Shown: positions 9,304 to 19,501 of the stretch, piece by piece
How the letters are laid out: every line of letters begins with the position of its first letter
Numbering within the stretch: the stretch's first letter is position 1
Source of the DNA: Trueperaceae bacterium
GTDB lineage: Bacteria > Deinococcota > Deinococci > Deinococcales > Trueperaceae
Length of the DNA stretch: 64,000 nucleotides
Direction of reading: 5' to 3'
NCBI GenBank assembly: GCA_965215565.1
Contig: CBDCDZ010000004.1
Span: forward strand, 3,328,001 to 3,392,000
Program-made: the position numbers and the translations under genes
Notes under the pieces: model-generated
What the model saw: only the letters and a program-made list of their open reading frames with translations
What the model was told of the DNA's origin: nothing
The model's database searches: none

Positions 9304-11805
9304 CTAAGGGGTGGGCGCGCCCTCTAGCGCCCACTGCGCGTAAGCGTCCACGAAGCTCACGCTCAGCGCGTCGCTGCCTTGCTCACCCTGAGCGCTTCCC
9401 TGCCCTAACAAAAAGGTCAGAAAGTCGTGTACGTCTTGGGCGCTGCTCTGGTTGAAGAGCGCGTCGCCGCTCAGCCCCTCGAAGCGTCCCGTGGTGACTT
9501 CTGGCAGGGCGCTTTGGGCGGCTTCGGCGCTATTTCTAAGCTCGTTCAGGAGACGCTGCACCAGCACCTCATTCTCTAGCGACACGTTGCGCTCGTCGTA
9601 GAGCGCCCGGCTCGAGGCGAGCCCGCGCAAGGTGATACCTTGGCTGATGAGTTGCCGAACGAAGGAGGGCTCGCCTGTCACCTCCACCGGCAGCGCCGCG
9701 CTGGCGCGGCGCTCGCGTCTAGCGCTGAGCGTGATATCTAAAGTGTAGCGTCCAGGCGCTAAATCCGCTGGCAAGGAGAAGCCGATGTCGTCAATCTGCA
9801 GCGCGACGGCGTTTCCGGGGATGGCGAAGGATTCCTCGTAGCTCGCCCTGTCAACGGGCGCGTCTTGCGTGTCTAAAAGCCTCAACGTGAGCGTGGCTTC
9901 TTGGGGTAGCTCGAGCCCTGGTGTGAAGAGTTCGAAGTCGGGGAAGAGGCGGTCTCCGGGGCGGAACGATTCGACGCTCAAGTTGTCCGGTCCCAAGCTG
10001 AGCCGCGCGTCGTCACCGATGTCTATAGGTGCAGGCGGGGTGCGGAGCACCTCGAGCCGCGTCTCTGCTCGCTGCTCAAAGCGCGGCGCATCCGGTCTTT
10101 CGCCTTCGGGTTGTTCCTCCAAGCGCGTCAAGTAGCGCTCGAACTGCGCGGTGGCGTCGTCCCCTCTATCCTCCGCCTCATAGAGCGTGCCTAGCGCGAA
10201 ATGGATGTCGGTGACGTCGGGGTAAAGCTCCAGGGCGTTTTCTAAATCTTCGATAGCAGCGTCGTCCACCTCCGGGTCGCGGCTCAGCGCCTCATCGTAA
10301 GCCTCCATCGCCACGCCCAAACGTCCGGTGACGGCGCGCGTGAGCCCCAAGTTGTACCAGGCGATGAACTCGTCGGCGTCAAGCTCGAGCGCCCGCAGCG
10401 AGGCGTCTTCGCTCGCCTCCAAGCGCCCGAGCAGGTAGTAAGCCCAGCCCAGATTGGTCCAGTAGAGGGAGCTGTCCGGCTCGAGCTGCGTCGCGACGCT
10501 CAGCGCTTGGGCGGCCGCTAAGGGCTCGTCCGCGTCAAAGGCGAGCTGTGAGAGCCGCTCGAACGAGTAGGGAAGGCTCGGCGCGAGGCGGCTGAGCTGC
10601 GTCGCTAAGCGGGTTTCCAGCTCGGCCTCCTCTAAAAGCTGCGCGGCGAGCACCGCGCCGATGAGCGCGCCGCTCGAGTCGCTCTGCGCGGCAGCTTCGA
10701 TGTCGGTCATGACATCGGCGCGGGGTCCGTCACTGAGCACCGTGTAAAGCGCGCGGGCGGCGCGTCCGAAGGGGTAGGACGCCGCTGCGTCAAACGCAGA
10801 AGCGGCGTCGCCCTCGTCCTCGCTCACTCGCAGGAGCCCTACCCACACGTCGTAAGCGGGAATCTCGCTCTGCTCCGCTAAGCGCTCGAAGATGCGGCGC
10901 GTCTGCGCGTTGCTAAAAGAGGGCGTGTTGAGGGCTATCGTCGCGGCGAGAGGTAGGGCGTCGATGCCCGCTAAGTCGCCCCCCGCAGCCGCCCGAGTCA
11001 CCTCTAAAAGCGCCTCGTAGCGAGGGTCCACCTCTCGCTCGCTGCGCCGCACGGCTCTCTCCAGGGCGGTCTGCGCTTCCGAAACGAAACCGCCGCTCAG
11101 CAGCGCTACCCCTTCGATGTAGTCGCCGTAAGGCGCGTCGAGGTCGATCGCTTCGACGTCTAGCAGGTCTGCGCTGCGCTCCGTGCTGGATTCTGAACCG
11201 GGTTCTGTGTCGGATAGAGCGCTAAGTAGCTCCAAACGCTGCTCCAGAACGGCGAGCATCGTCTCGGCGAGCCGTTCAGAGTTCGCTTCGGGCGCGGTGG
11301 CGGAGAAGGTGTGTACGCCTCTAGGGGTGGCGAGGTGGAAGGTCAGCTCGAGTTGACCTCTTGCGAAGTCGATGCGCCCGCCCAGCGCCGCGTTCACGCC
11401 GAGGGCGTCGCGCAGGAGCGCCACCGCCGTGCGGCTGCCCGTCGTTTGCCCCGCACCCTGATCCTGCCCTGTGCTGAGGAGCTGTAACGGGTTCAAGAAA
11501 CCGTTCTGTACCGGGTAGAGCGGCACGAGCGTGAGCGCCACGTCCGGTCCTAAAACCTCTACCGCGCCCTCTGCCCCGTCTTCCTCTAAGGCGTCTTCCT
11601 CCCCTGCGTCTTCCTCTACCGCTCGCGCTACCCGCTCGAGGGCTGACGCGACGCGCTCGGCGACGGCGACGCCTAAAAGCGCCTCCTGGCTCTCGAGTGG
11701 AAACACCGCGACTGTAGACGTTTGCGCGAGCGCGCCGCTGCAGACGAGCAGAAGAGAGGCGACGAGCGTTTGTAAGAGTTGGCGACGGTTCGGGAACGTC
11801 TTCAC
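9304..11805 (-). CDS. Exported tetratricopeptide-repeat protein
   Basis: Signal peptide; TPR-like units such as YWTNLGWAYYLLGRLEAS, AWYNLGLTRAVTG and IHFALGTLYEAE. Confidence 0.85.
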   Translation of the reverse strand: MKTFPNRRQLLQTLVASLLLVCSGALAQTSTVAVFPLESQEALLGVAVAERVASALERVARAVEEDAGEEDALEEDGAEGAVEVLGPDVALTLVPLYPVQNGFLNPLQLLSTGQDQGAGQTTGSRTAVALLRDALGVNAALGGRIDFARGQLELTFHLATPRGVHTFSATAPEANSERLAETMLAVLEQRLELLSALSDTEPGSESSTERSADLLDVEAIDLDAPYGDYIEGVALLSGGFVSEAQTALERAVRRSEREVDPRYEALLEVTRAAAGGDLAGIDALPLAATIALNTPSFSNAQTRRIFERLAEQSEIPAYDVWVGLLRVSEDEGDAASAFDAAASYPFGRAARALYTVLSDGPRADVMTDIEAAAQSDSSGALIGAVLAAQLLEEAELETRLATQLSRLAPSLPYSFERLSQLAFDADEPLAAAQALSVATQLEPDSSLYWTNLGWAYYLLGRLEASEDASLRALELDADEFIAWYNLGLTRAVTGRLGVAMEAYDEALSRDPEVDDAAIEDLENALELYPDVTDIHFALGTLYEAEDRGDDATAQFERYLTRLEEQPEGERPDAPRFEQRAETRLEVLRTPPAPIDIGDDARLSLGPDNLSVESFRPGDRLFPDFELFTPGLELPQEATLTLRLLDTQDAPVDRASYEESFAIPGNAVALQIDDIGFSLPADLAPGRYTLDITLSARRERRASAALPVEVTGEPSFVRQLISQGITLRGLASSRALYDERNVSLENEVLVQRLLNELRNSAEAAQSALPEVTTGRFEGLSGDALFNQSSAQDVHDFLTFLLGQGSAQGEQGSDALSVSFVDAYAQWALEGAPTP

Positions 11806-11952
11806 GGTATCAGACCTTTCGTCAGGTGGGCTCTAAAGAGTCTCGAGGTGGGAGGAGGGTGCTCCCCGACCTTCGGCAGAGCGGCTTGCGGTCACGCTTC
11901 AGTCGCGCCGCCCTCTAACCCAAATTATCACGCAGGGAGTGAGAAGGCGTAA

Positions 11953-11976
11953 ACCTAGCGTCGCACGACGCTAGGT
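11953..11976. terminator. Strong hairpin downstream of the PASTA gene (possible terminator or stabiliser)
   Basis: ACCTAGCGTCG-CA-CGACGCTAGGT; only a short U-run on the minus strand. Confidence 0.5.
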
Positions 11977-12014
11977 GTGAGCTGTTTCACGCGCCGTTAG
12001 AGCAGTGCTTCCGC

Positions 12015-13709
12015 TTACCGAGGATTGACGGTGGTGCGCTCGCCGTAGCGCAAGCCGTCGAGGGTCAGCTCGAACGTGACGGGACCTGGCGCAGAGGTCT
12101 GCCACGTGCCTTCGATGCGTTCGCCGCCGCGTACGCGCTGCGCGGCGATCAGCTCCGGCTCGCCCGAAAGCGTCGTGACGGTAACTTGCGCGACGCTTTC
12201 AGGAATGCCCTCTTGAAGGTCCCAACGGTACGCGGCGCGGCGCGGCTCACCCGGGCGGACCTCTGCGACGGCGTCGGGGGTAGGCACAGACCTGGGCGGC
12301 TCGTTGAGCGTTAGCGTCACGCGCTGCCCCGCTAGCGCCGTTCCCGGCGGCGGGTCTTGCGTGATGACGCCCATAGGCAAGCGCCCCGAGCTTATCTCTC
12401 TAGGCGCGACTACACGCAACCCCTCGCGCTGCGCTAAGCGGCGGGCGTCCTCTAACGTCATCCCTATGAAGTTGGGTACGCTCGCGCTATTCGCTGCGCC
12501 GCGCTGCGTTTCACCCGTCACGGTGAGCCGGAGCGCCGCTGCGTCCTGCGCGATGAGCTGGTTCGGTGCGACGTTCTGACCCAGCACGATGTTCGCTCGC
12601 TGCCCGGTGCCGTTCACCCGCTCGATTTCGGGCGCGGCTAAGCCCGCCGCGCGGATGAGCGCGGTGGCGTCTGCTAAATTCAGCCCCGTGAGGTCTGGCA
12701 AGAAGGTCAGCGCGCCTTGAGGTCCCTCGCTGACGAGCAAGTCGACGGAGCTGCCCGCAGGCGCTTGACCTTCCCAGGATTGCGCGATGACCGCGCCACT
12801 CGGTTCCTCGCTGTGGAGGCGTGAAAGGGTGCCCAGCTCGAGCCCCGCGCTCAGGAGCTGCTGCTCGGCTTCGCGCACCGAGAGGCCGCTAAGCTCGGGC
12901 ACCTCAGTGGAGGCGAGCTGTCCCGGCGGCAGCGCGTAGCGCAGATGGACGGTGCGCCCCGGTCTGAGCTGCGCGCCCGCGCTCGGCTCACTGCTCAGGA
13001 CCTGACCGATACTTTGCGCGGAGGAGACAGGGCTCGAGCTTGTGTCAAGCCCTGTCTCCTGCAAGACGCGCCGCGCCGCGCTGACCTCTTGACCGCGCAC
13101 GTCGGGCACGACGACGAACTCGCGGCTGAGCGGATAGTAGACGCTCGAGGCGAGGAGCAGCGCGCCCACGAGAGCAAGCGCCGCGCCTGGCAGCCACGTT
13201 TGAAGTCCCGCTGCCCAGCCGCGCCCAACCCGCGAACGCTGTTCCTGCGGCGCAGCGACGACAGGCTGCATCTTGCGCGGGCTCTCGCCAGCAGACTGGT
13301 GCGCAGACTGGTGCAGCGTCTCGGAGCGCTCGAAGGCGAGGGCGTATACTCTATGTCCTTCTCCATCGGCGCAGATGTAGGCGTCACCCAGAGACCAACC
13401 GTGAGCGTGAAGAACCGCCGCAATCGCCGCCGCTTCATCCTCTGTCGGTGAAGCGTGCTCCACGGGCGGCACGTGCCACGCGACATAATGCGCGCCCGGT
13501 CTCGCTACGAGGTCGTAGATAGCTGCGAGACCTTCGCGCCTGAGCGCGCGCAGCAGTTTCCGGTAGCGCTCGAACGCCGCCTCCTCCGCCGCGCCCAAGC
13601 TGTACCAAGCGACGCGCACCGCCGCGCCATTAGGTGCTGTGGCGTCGAAGAGCGTGCCGCGCGGTCCTAAAGGGCGCTGTAAAATGATTTCGTACTTGCC
13701 GTCTAACAT
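12015..13709 (-). CDS. PASTA-domain membrane protein with a degenerate kinase-like N-terminus
   Basis: One TM helix followed by four PASTA-like repeats (VPDVRG, VPELSG, LPDLTG, VPNFIG). The N-terminus MLDGKYEI resembles a Hanks-kinase start but lacks HRD and DFG. Confidence 0.85.
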   Translation of the reverse strand: MLDGKYEIILQRPLGPRGTLFDATAPNGAAVRVAWYSLGAAEEAAFERYRKLLRALRREGLAAIYDLVARPGAHYVAWHVPPVEHASPTEDEAAAIAAVLHAHGWSLGDAYICADGEGHRVYALAFERSETLHQSAHQSAGESPRKMQPVVAAPQEQRSRVGRGWAAGLQTWLPGAALALVGALLLASSVYYPLSREFVVVPDVRGQEVSAARRVLQETGLDTSSSPVSSAQSIGQVLSSEPSAGAQLRPGRTVHLRYALPPGQLASTEVPELSGLSVREAEQQLLSAGLELGTLSRLHSEEPSGAVIAQSWEGQAPAGSSVDLLVSEGPQGALTFLPDLTGLNLADATALIRAAGLAAPEIERVNGTGQRANIVLGQNVAPNQLIAQDAAALRLTVTGETQRGAANSASVPNFIGMTLEDARRLAQREGLRVVAPREISSGRLPMGVITQDPPPGTALAGQRVTLTLNEPPRSVPTPDAVAEVRPGEPRRAAYRWDLQEGIPESVAQVTVTTLSGEPELIAAQRVRGGERIEGTWQTSAPGPVTFELTLDGLRYGERTTVNPR

Positions 13710-13775
13710 GATTGCAACATAGATGTAAGGGCTGCGCTACTCCTATTCTAGTAAAGGACGCGCGAAGCCTCAATA

Positions 13776-14031
13776 TAGCAGGTATCCGTATATTAAGAGA
13801 AGCGAGGTGTTGCTAGGCAGCAAACTTGCGTCCCCGCGGGCTTTTAGACTGCTCGCTTCCGCGGAGCAGCTTTTAGAAACGTAGCACGCACGTTATGAGA
13901 TGAGGTTCCGTTCTCAAGCGAAGCTATCCCGCTCTCAGGCAAAGCCGTCCCGCTAGGCTTTGCCTGAGAGCAGGACCGGTCTGCGAGCTGAAATCTGCGT
14001 TCATCTGTCTCAGTATGTTTTGGAACTGCTA
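13776..14031 (+). mobile_element. MITE-like element, family 1, copy B (contains a nested palindrome)
   Basis: TAGCAGGTATC...TCTCAGTATGTTTTGGAACTGCTA, with an internal CTCTCAGGCAAAGCC..GGCTTTGCCTGAGAG hairpin. Confidence 0.8.
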
Positions 14032-14147
14032 AGGAACACACAAAGCGAGAAGCTTTGACGCTTTCTATGATAACGCGCCGACGCACCGTAACGTAAAAGA
14101 GCGCGGCAAAAACCGCGCTACAAAGTAACTCTGTGAAAAAGTTGGGA

Positions 14148-16151
14148 TTAGCTGCTCGAGCCCTCTGCGCTCGGGCGCGGATCAATAGGCTGCTTTGTGC
14201 GTTCTTCGTTGCGGCGCTTTTGACGCTCCGCGGCTTCGGCTTGCTCGGCGGCGCGCCTCGAGGCTTCCTCGACGCTGCGCTCGGCGGCTTCTGCCTCGCT
14301 GACGATCATCGTCGTGATCTCCTCGGCTGACGCACCCTCTTGCGCCCGCTCATACGCCTTCGCGATGAGCACGCCGTCCACAGTCTCACGCTGGAGGAGC
14401 GCTTCAGCGACGCCCTGGACCACCGGCCAGTTCTCCTCGACGACCTTCTCCGTCGTTTCGTAGGCGGTGCTCAGAATCTCGTTGACTTGACCCTCTAGCT
14501 CGCGCGCCGTCTCTTCGCTGAAGTCTTTGCGGCGGCTGATCTCGCCGCCTAAAAAGACTGGACCTTGGTCCGAGCCCCACGCGACGAACTCCCTGCCGCC
14601 CATGCCGAGATCGAAGACCATCTGCTTCGCCATACCCGTAGCTTGTTTGAGGTCATTAGACGCGCCCGACGAGATGGTGCCGGTGAGCTTCTTCTCGGCG
14701 ACGCGCCCGCCAAAGGCGACAACGAGTTGCTGATGGAAGCGTTCACGCGAGAAGAACATCTCTTCTTTGGACAAAGGAGCCATAAAGCCACCCGCCCCGC
14801 CGCGCGGCATGATCGTAACTTTGCGGATGTGACCCAAGTCAGGTTGTGTGACGAACGCTACCGCGTGCCCCGCTTCGTGAAAGGCGAGGATTTTGCGCTC
14901 GTCCTCACTCGGGACGAGCGAGCCGCGCCGCAATCCTAAAACGATGCGGTCGAGCGCCTCGTTGAAGTCCGCCCAGGAGATGATCTGCTTACCCGTACGC
15001 GCCGCAATCAGCGCTGCCTCGTTTGTGAGGTTCTCCAGGTCTGCGCCTGAGAACATCGGCGTGGCACCCGCCAAGCGCTCCAAGTTGACGTCTTCGGCGA
15101 TGGGCTTATTGCGCACGTGAACGCGCAAAACCTGTTCACGCTCGCGCTGCGTCGGCAGCCCGATGGTTACCTGACGGTCGAAGCGCCCAGGGCGCAGAAG
15201 TGCCGGGTCTAAGATGTCGGGGCGGTTCGTCGCCGCGATGATGATGACCGAGGTGTCTTTCTCGAAACCGTCCATCTCGGAGAGAATTTGGTTCAGGGTC
15301 TGCTCGCGCTCGTCGTGACCGCCGCCGATGCCCGCACCGCGCCGCCGCCCAATGGAGTCAAGCTCGTCGATGAAGATAATTGCGGGGCTCGCCTTACGCG
15401 CCTCTTCGAAGAGGTTACGCACGCGGCTCGCGCCGACACCTACAAACATCTCCATAAATTCAGACGCTGAGACGGTCAAGAAGGGTACGCCCGCTTCACC
15501 TGCCACCGCGCGCGCCAGGAGGGTTTTACCCGTTCCTGGTGGACCCACTAGGAGCATCCCTTTTGGAATCTCCGCGCCGATGCGCAAATATTTCTGCGGC
15601 GACTGTAAGAAGTCTACGGTCTCTTTAAGCTCTTGTTTCGCCTCTTCATGCCCTGCGACATCATCGAACGTAGTTTTGACCTTGTTCTCACGCCCGTACG
15701 TCTTCGCCTTGGACTGACCGAACTGCATCACCTGGCTGGGGCCACCCTGCGCCCGCATGAAGATGAACCAGAAGAAGGCGATGAGGATGATGATGGGCAG
15801 GAGCGCAAACGCGATACCCGTCCAGGGCGACTGGTTGCGACCGTCATAGTTGACGTTTTGCTCGCGTAAGAGCGGGATGAGTTCGGGGTCGCCTGAAGGC
15901 GGCGGGGTCGTCTCGAAGCGCAGGATGCTTCTGACATTTTCGCCCTGCCCGACTTGCGTTTCCGATTTGAGTTCGCCGCTGATGTCGCCGTCGCGGATAA
16001 GCGCGGATTGGACCTTGCCCTCTTCGACGAGGTCGATAAAGGTCGAGTAGCCGATTTCGCTGCCCGAGGGGGTGGCGTTAAACTGGTTGAACACAAAGAT
16101 GCCTAAGATAATGAGCATCACCAGGAGCCAGGGATTAAAAGATCGTTTCAA
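14148..16151 (-). CDS. ftsH: ATP-dependent zinc metalloprotease FtsH
   Basis: Two TM helices, Walker A GPPGTGKT, Walker [20 protein letters not shown] and HEAGH zinc motif. TTG start with GGAGG RBS. Confidence 0.98.
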   Translation of the reverse strand: MKRSFNPWLLVMLIILGIFVFNQFNATPSGSEIGYSTFIDLVEEGKVQSALIRDGDISGELKSETQVGQGENVRSILRFETTPPPSGDPELIPLLREQNVNYDGRNQSPWTGIAFALLPIIILIAFFWFIFMRAQGGPSQVMQFGQSKAKTYGRENKVKTTFDDVAGHEEAKQELKETVDFLQSPQKYLRIGAEIPKGMLLVGPPGTGKTLLARAVAGEAGVPFLTVSASEFMEMFVGVGASRVRNLFEEARKASPAIIFIDELDSIGRRRGAGIGGGHDEREQTLNQILSEMDGFEKDTSVIIIAATNRPDILDPALLRPGRFDRQVTIGLPTQREREQVLRVHVRNKPIAEDVNLERLAGATPMFSGADLENLTNEAALIAARTGKQIISWADFNEALDRIVLGLRRGSLVPSEDERKILAFHEAGHAVAFVTQPDLGHIRKVTIMPRGGAGGFMAPLSKEEMFFSRERFHQQLVVAFGGRVAEKKLTGTISSGASNDLKQATGMAKQMVFDLGMGGREFVAWGSDQGPVFLGGEISRRKDFSEETARELEGQVNEILSTAYETTEKVVEENWPVVQGVAEALLQRETVDGVLIAKAYERAQEGASAEEITTMIVSEAEAAERSVEEASRRAAEQAEAAERQKRRNEERTKQPIDPRPSAEGSSS

Positions 16152-16393
16152 GGGTGCCTCCAGGCGGCGCGGACGCCGCGTAGCCTACCGTAGAGCCAAC
16201 GCGCGCCTCATACCTGGGAAGCGGGTTGTGGTAGGGATAATGTTCCATAATCGTAGCACCTCTTCTCTCACGCTGGCTGTAAGCTATCGGACGAAATTAG
16301 GCGAAAATTCGGGTTGCACGTTAGATAATTCACTTGGCTCTGTAGCGAGAGCGTCACGTTTCAACCTTCTGTCTTGGGGCGGCTCACCAGCGA

Positions 16394-16455
16394 GTGATCA
16401 AGGAGTTTCAACCCCTTGTTTTGACACCACCGTCATTCCAGATAGAGCCACTACC
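16394..16455. mobile_element. Partial MITE-like element, family 2
   Basis: CAAGGAGTTTCAACCCCTTGTTTTGACACCACCGTCATTCCAGATAGAGCCACTACC is nearly identical to 19561-19617. Left end not recognised. Confidence 0.7.
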
Positions 16456-16489
16456 CCCCCATATTTACCGGAGGAGTACACTGGCTTAC

Positions 16490-18013
16490 GTGGCTGATTC
16501 TCAGGGGGGTAGCAAAAGCAGCACAGAACGAGCGAGCGGCCGCTGGCTGAATGACGCGCTCGCGGGTCTCTCGGTGGCGTTCGTGCTCATCCCGCAGTCG
16601 CTCGCTTACGCCGAACTCGCCGGGCTGAGCGCGTTTCACGGTCTTTACGCCGCCGCCTTGCCGCCGATCACAGCGGCATTTTTCGCCTCGAGCCCCTATC
16701 TCCAGACCGGACCTACTGCGCTCACCGCGATCCTCGCCTACGGCGTGCTCGCCGCGCATTTCACCGTCGCCTCGCCCGAATACGTCGGCGCAGCCGCGCT
16801 TTTGGCGCTTCTCGTCGGCGTGCTGCGCACGCTTTTAGGGCTTCTCAAGCTGGGCTCTTTGGCTTACTTCATGAGCCAGCCCGTGCTGCGCGGCTTCACC
16901 TCGGCCGCCGCCGTGCTCATCCTCTGCTCGCAGGTGCCAACGGCGCTCGGCGTCGAGGGAACGGAGGGGGGTATCTTCGCGCAGCTTTTTTACGCGGCGA
17001 CGCACCCCGCGGCGTGGCACCTCAGCGCAGTAGCGTTCAGCCTCGTCACGCTCCTCTTGGTGCTCGGCGGCAGGCGGGTGTCGCCGCTCTTCCCCGGCGT
17101 GCTCGTGGCGGTATTCGTAGGTGTCGGCGTGTCATCCTGGCTGGGATACACCGCGCCCGTCGTCGGTGAGGTGGGCGCTCCGTTTCTTCAGCTCGAGCTA
17201 GCGTTGCCCTGGCACGCGCTCCGTGACCTCTTCGTCGGCGCGCTCGTCATCGCGGGCGTGGGCTTCGCGGAGCCCACCGCCATCGCTAGAGCTTACGCGA
17301 GAGAGGAGAACCGCCGCTGGGACCCGAACCGAGAATTGATAAGCCAAGGTGTAGCGAACATCGCCTCGGGACTCGTGCAGGGCTTTCCGGTGGGGGGGAG
17401 CTTCTCGCGCTCGAGCTTGGGCAAGCTGGCGGGCGCAACCAGCCGCTGGAGCGGTCTCGCTACCGGGCTCGTCGCGCTGGCGTTTCTCCCCTTCGCGTCC
17501 CTTATCAGCGCTCTGCCGCGCGCCGTTTTAGCTGCTGTGGTTATCGCCGCTGTGTTCAATTTGCTCGGCGTACGAGAGCTTGTGAGGCTCTGGCGCTACG
17601 CCCGCTTCCAGGCGCTCACCTCTTACGCTACCTTTGGGCTCACGCTGCTCTTAGCGCCGCGCATCGACTACGCGGTCTTGGCAGGCGTCGCGCTCGCGGT
17701 GGGGCTCCACCTGTGGCGCGAGACGCAACTCAGTGTTCGGAGTAGCCGCCAGGAGGACACTTTGGTCGTCGAGGTGACGGGTGTGCTCTTTTTCGGCTCG
17801 GTACATCAGCTCGAGAGCGCCCTGCGCTCGCTGCCTGACGTCGCCTCCTCCGATATTAAAGAGGTCGTCGTGGACGGCGCGGGTTTAGGACGCGTCGACC
17901 TAAACGGCGTGATAGCGCTTCATGCGTGGCAGCAAGAGGTTGAGGGGAAAGGGACGCCGCTCCGCTTTATTCACCTGCAACCGCACGTGCTGAGGATGAT
18001 GCGACGTTTGTAG
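16490..18013 (+). CDS. SulP/SLC26-family anion transporter with STAS domain
   Basis: Motifs DALAGLSVAFVLIPQSLAYAELAGL, DPNRELISQG and GGSFSRS, plus a C-terminal STAS-like domain. Start moved to GTG 16490, downstream of GGAGGA. Confidence 0.92.
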   Translation: MADSQGGSKSSTERASGRWLNDALAGLSVAFVLIPQSLAYAELAGLSAFHGLYAAALPPITAAFFASSPYLQTGPTALTAILAYGVLAAHFTVASPEYVGAAALLALLVGVLRTLLGLLKLGSLAYFMSQPVLRGFTSAAAVLILCSQVPTALGVEGTEGGIFAQLFYAATHPAAWHLSAVAFSLVTLLLVLGGRRVSPLFPGVLVAVFVGVGVSSWLGYTAPVVGEVGAPFLQLELALPWHALRDLFVGALVIAGVGFAEPTAIARAYAREENRRWDPNRELISQGVANIASGLVQGFPVGGSFSRSSLGKLAGATSRWSGLATGLVALAFLPFASLISALPRAVLAAVVIAAVFNLLGVRELVRLWRYARFQALTSYATFGLTLLLAPRIDYAVLAGVALAVGLHLWRETQLSVRSSRQEDTLVVEVTGVLFFGSVHQLESALRSLPDVASSDIKEVVVDGAGLGRVDLNGVIALHAWQQEVEGKGTPLRFIHLQPHVLRMMRRL

Positions 18014-18037
18014 ACGCCTATCACGGTGTTCCCCCCT

Positions 18038-18724
18038 CTACTGCGCCTCGCGGACGGCTTTCTCCAACTCGCCCTTGTCCATCTTGCTGCGCCCTGAAAC
18101 GTCCAAATCTTGGGCGCGCCCGTAAAGCTCATCCTTGTTAAGCTCGGAGAGGTTTTCTGCGTCTTCGGCTCCATTTTCAGGTACGTCCGCGCCTCGAATC
18201 GCTTCGACCAGCTCGTTTTTTGTCATCGTACTTCGCCCAGAGATGCCTAGCTGCGCCGCCCACGTCTGCAACTCGTCCTTCGTCGGCTCGGGCACGTCCT
18301 CGCCCTCCGCGAAGCCGAGCGCCCACATCGCTTTTTTTACGGCGTCAGGCCAGTCGGCGTGCTGCTCGCCCTCCTTGGAGACCTCTTCCTTCGTCTTCTC
18401 AGCCTGTCTGGTTTGCGCGTCCGTGAGCATTGCCCAGGCTTTTTGCGGCAGATAGCGCTTCATAATGTCATCCTGCTGCGCGTCCGCGTCGCCCTCTTTG
18501 GTCTGCCAGTCTTGATTCGTCCACTCCTCTAAGGACTGCGCCGCGTCGTCCTTCTCGTCCTTTTTGTAGCCGCCGCCCTGTTTCTCGTACTCCTGCACCA
18601 AAAGCTGGCTCTTGCGCGCGGACCACTGCCCCGGCTCGCCCCCCTTGTCAGACGCTTTGATCTCCTCTTTGAGCTTGCGGCGCAGGTCGGGCTTCGTATA
18701 CTTCTCGTCATAGTTGTCCGCCAT
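18038..18724 (-). CDS. DUF5872-like protein with C-terminal Rho-N-like repeats
   Basis: YTKPDLRRKLKEEIKASDKGGEPGQWSARKSQLL motif and two TKDEL..A..LGISGRSxMxKxEL repeats. Confidence 0.75.
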   Translation of the reverse strand: MADNYDEKYTKPDLRRKLKEEIKASDKGGEPGQWSARKSQLLVQEYEKQGGGYKKDEKDDAAQSLEEWTNQDWQTKEGDADAQQDDIMKRYLPQKAWAMLTDAQTRQAEKTKEEVSKEGEQHADWPDAVKKAMWALGFAEGEDVPEPTKDELQTWAAQLGISGRSTMTKNELVEAIRGADVPENGAEDAENLSELNKDELYGRAQDLDVSGRSKMDKGELEKAVREAQ

Positions 18725-19201
18725 CTAGCGCAACCCCTCCAAAACTCGCTGCGCCTCCTCTACGAAGTCATTGTCCACCATGACGTTGTAGCTCTCCGCT
18801 TGCATCCCGCCCACCGAGGTGAAGTCGCGCCTGCCGCCCGTCATCGCGTAGCCGACGACGCCCAGAATCGCGCCCGCGATTGCGCCCGCGATCAACCCGT
18901 AAAGGATCATTGTGAGAAACGCGCCGAACGCGAAGAGTCCGAAGATGAGTCCAATGAAGACGCCCGTCACCGCGCCGCTCGCCGCGCCGTTCAGGGTTGC
19001 CTTGCCGTAGTCCAGGCTGCCCGTCACCTGCTCGACGAACTTGAGCCCTTCCGCGACGATAGCGGTATGTTCAACCGGGAAGTCGTTGTCCGAAAGGTAG
19101 TCCACCGCTTTTTGCGCGTCGGCGTAGTCGGCGTAGGTTGCGATAGTTTGTCTGGGTCGTCTGGGCGTTGCTTGGGGGGTAGTTTGCATAGATCGGTCCA
19201 C
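18725..19201 (-). CDS. General stress protein (YflT/17M-like), membrane-associated
   Basis: IATYADYADAQKAVDYLSDNDFPV motif, Gly-rich TM hairpin, GGRRDFTS; AGGAGG RBS. Confidence 0.8.
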   Translation of the reverse strand: MDRSMQTTPQATPRRPRQTIATYADYADAQKAVDYLSDNDFPVEHTAIVAEGLKFVEQVTGSLDYGKATLNGAASGAVTGVFIGLIFGLFAFGAFLTMILYGLIAGAIAGAILGVVGYAMTGGRRDFTSVGGMQAESYNVMVDNDFVEEAQRVLEGLR

Positions 19202-19309
19202 TGATTCCTCCTGTAAATCTAAGACTAGGAGGAAACGCGCCCGCGCTTATTGCACTGCGTTACAGAGCGGGCGCTACGGGTACCTCTTTAGCTCCGCTTT
19301 CCGTTTCAA

Positions 19310-19420
19310 TAGCAGGTATCATCTGGTCAGAGACACCCTTAGTGAGAAATGAACAGTCTAGCACGCACTTCGAGGGATGATATCTGCGCTCAACTGTCTC
19401 AGTATGTCGTGGAACTGCTA
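19310..19420 (+). mobile_element. MITE-like element, family 1, copy C (shortest)
   Basis: TAGCAGGTATCATCTGGTCAG...TCTCAGTATGTCGTGGAACTGCTA, flanked by CAA on both sides. Confidence 0.8.
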
Positions 19421-19501
19421 CAAAAAGAGGATGATTCGACTGCACTACCCCTCTACCTCTTCTTTCGTACGGTTGATTTTGCTGCGTCACCTATCTGTTT
19501 A

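Noticed and set aside
13844..14185. 113-aa minus-strand ORF
   Set aside because: Mostly the antisense of MITE copy B and overlaps the end of ftsH.
16394..16489. N-terminal extension of SulP in the ORF track
   Set aside because: Derived from a repeat element; a GGAGGA RBS lies downstream, before GTG 16490.
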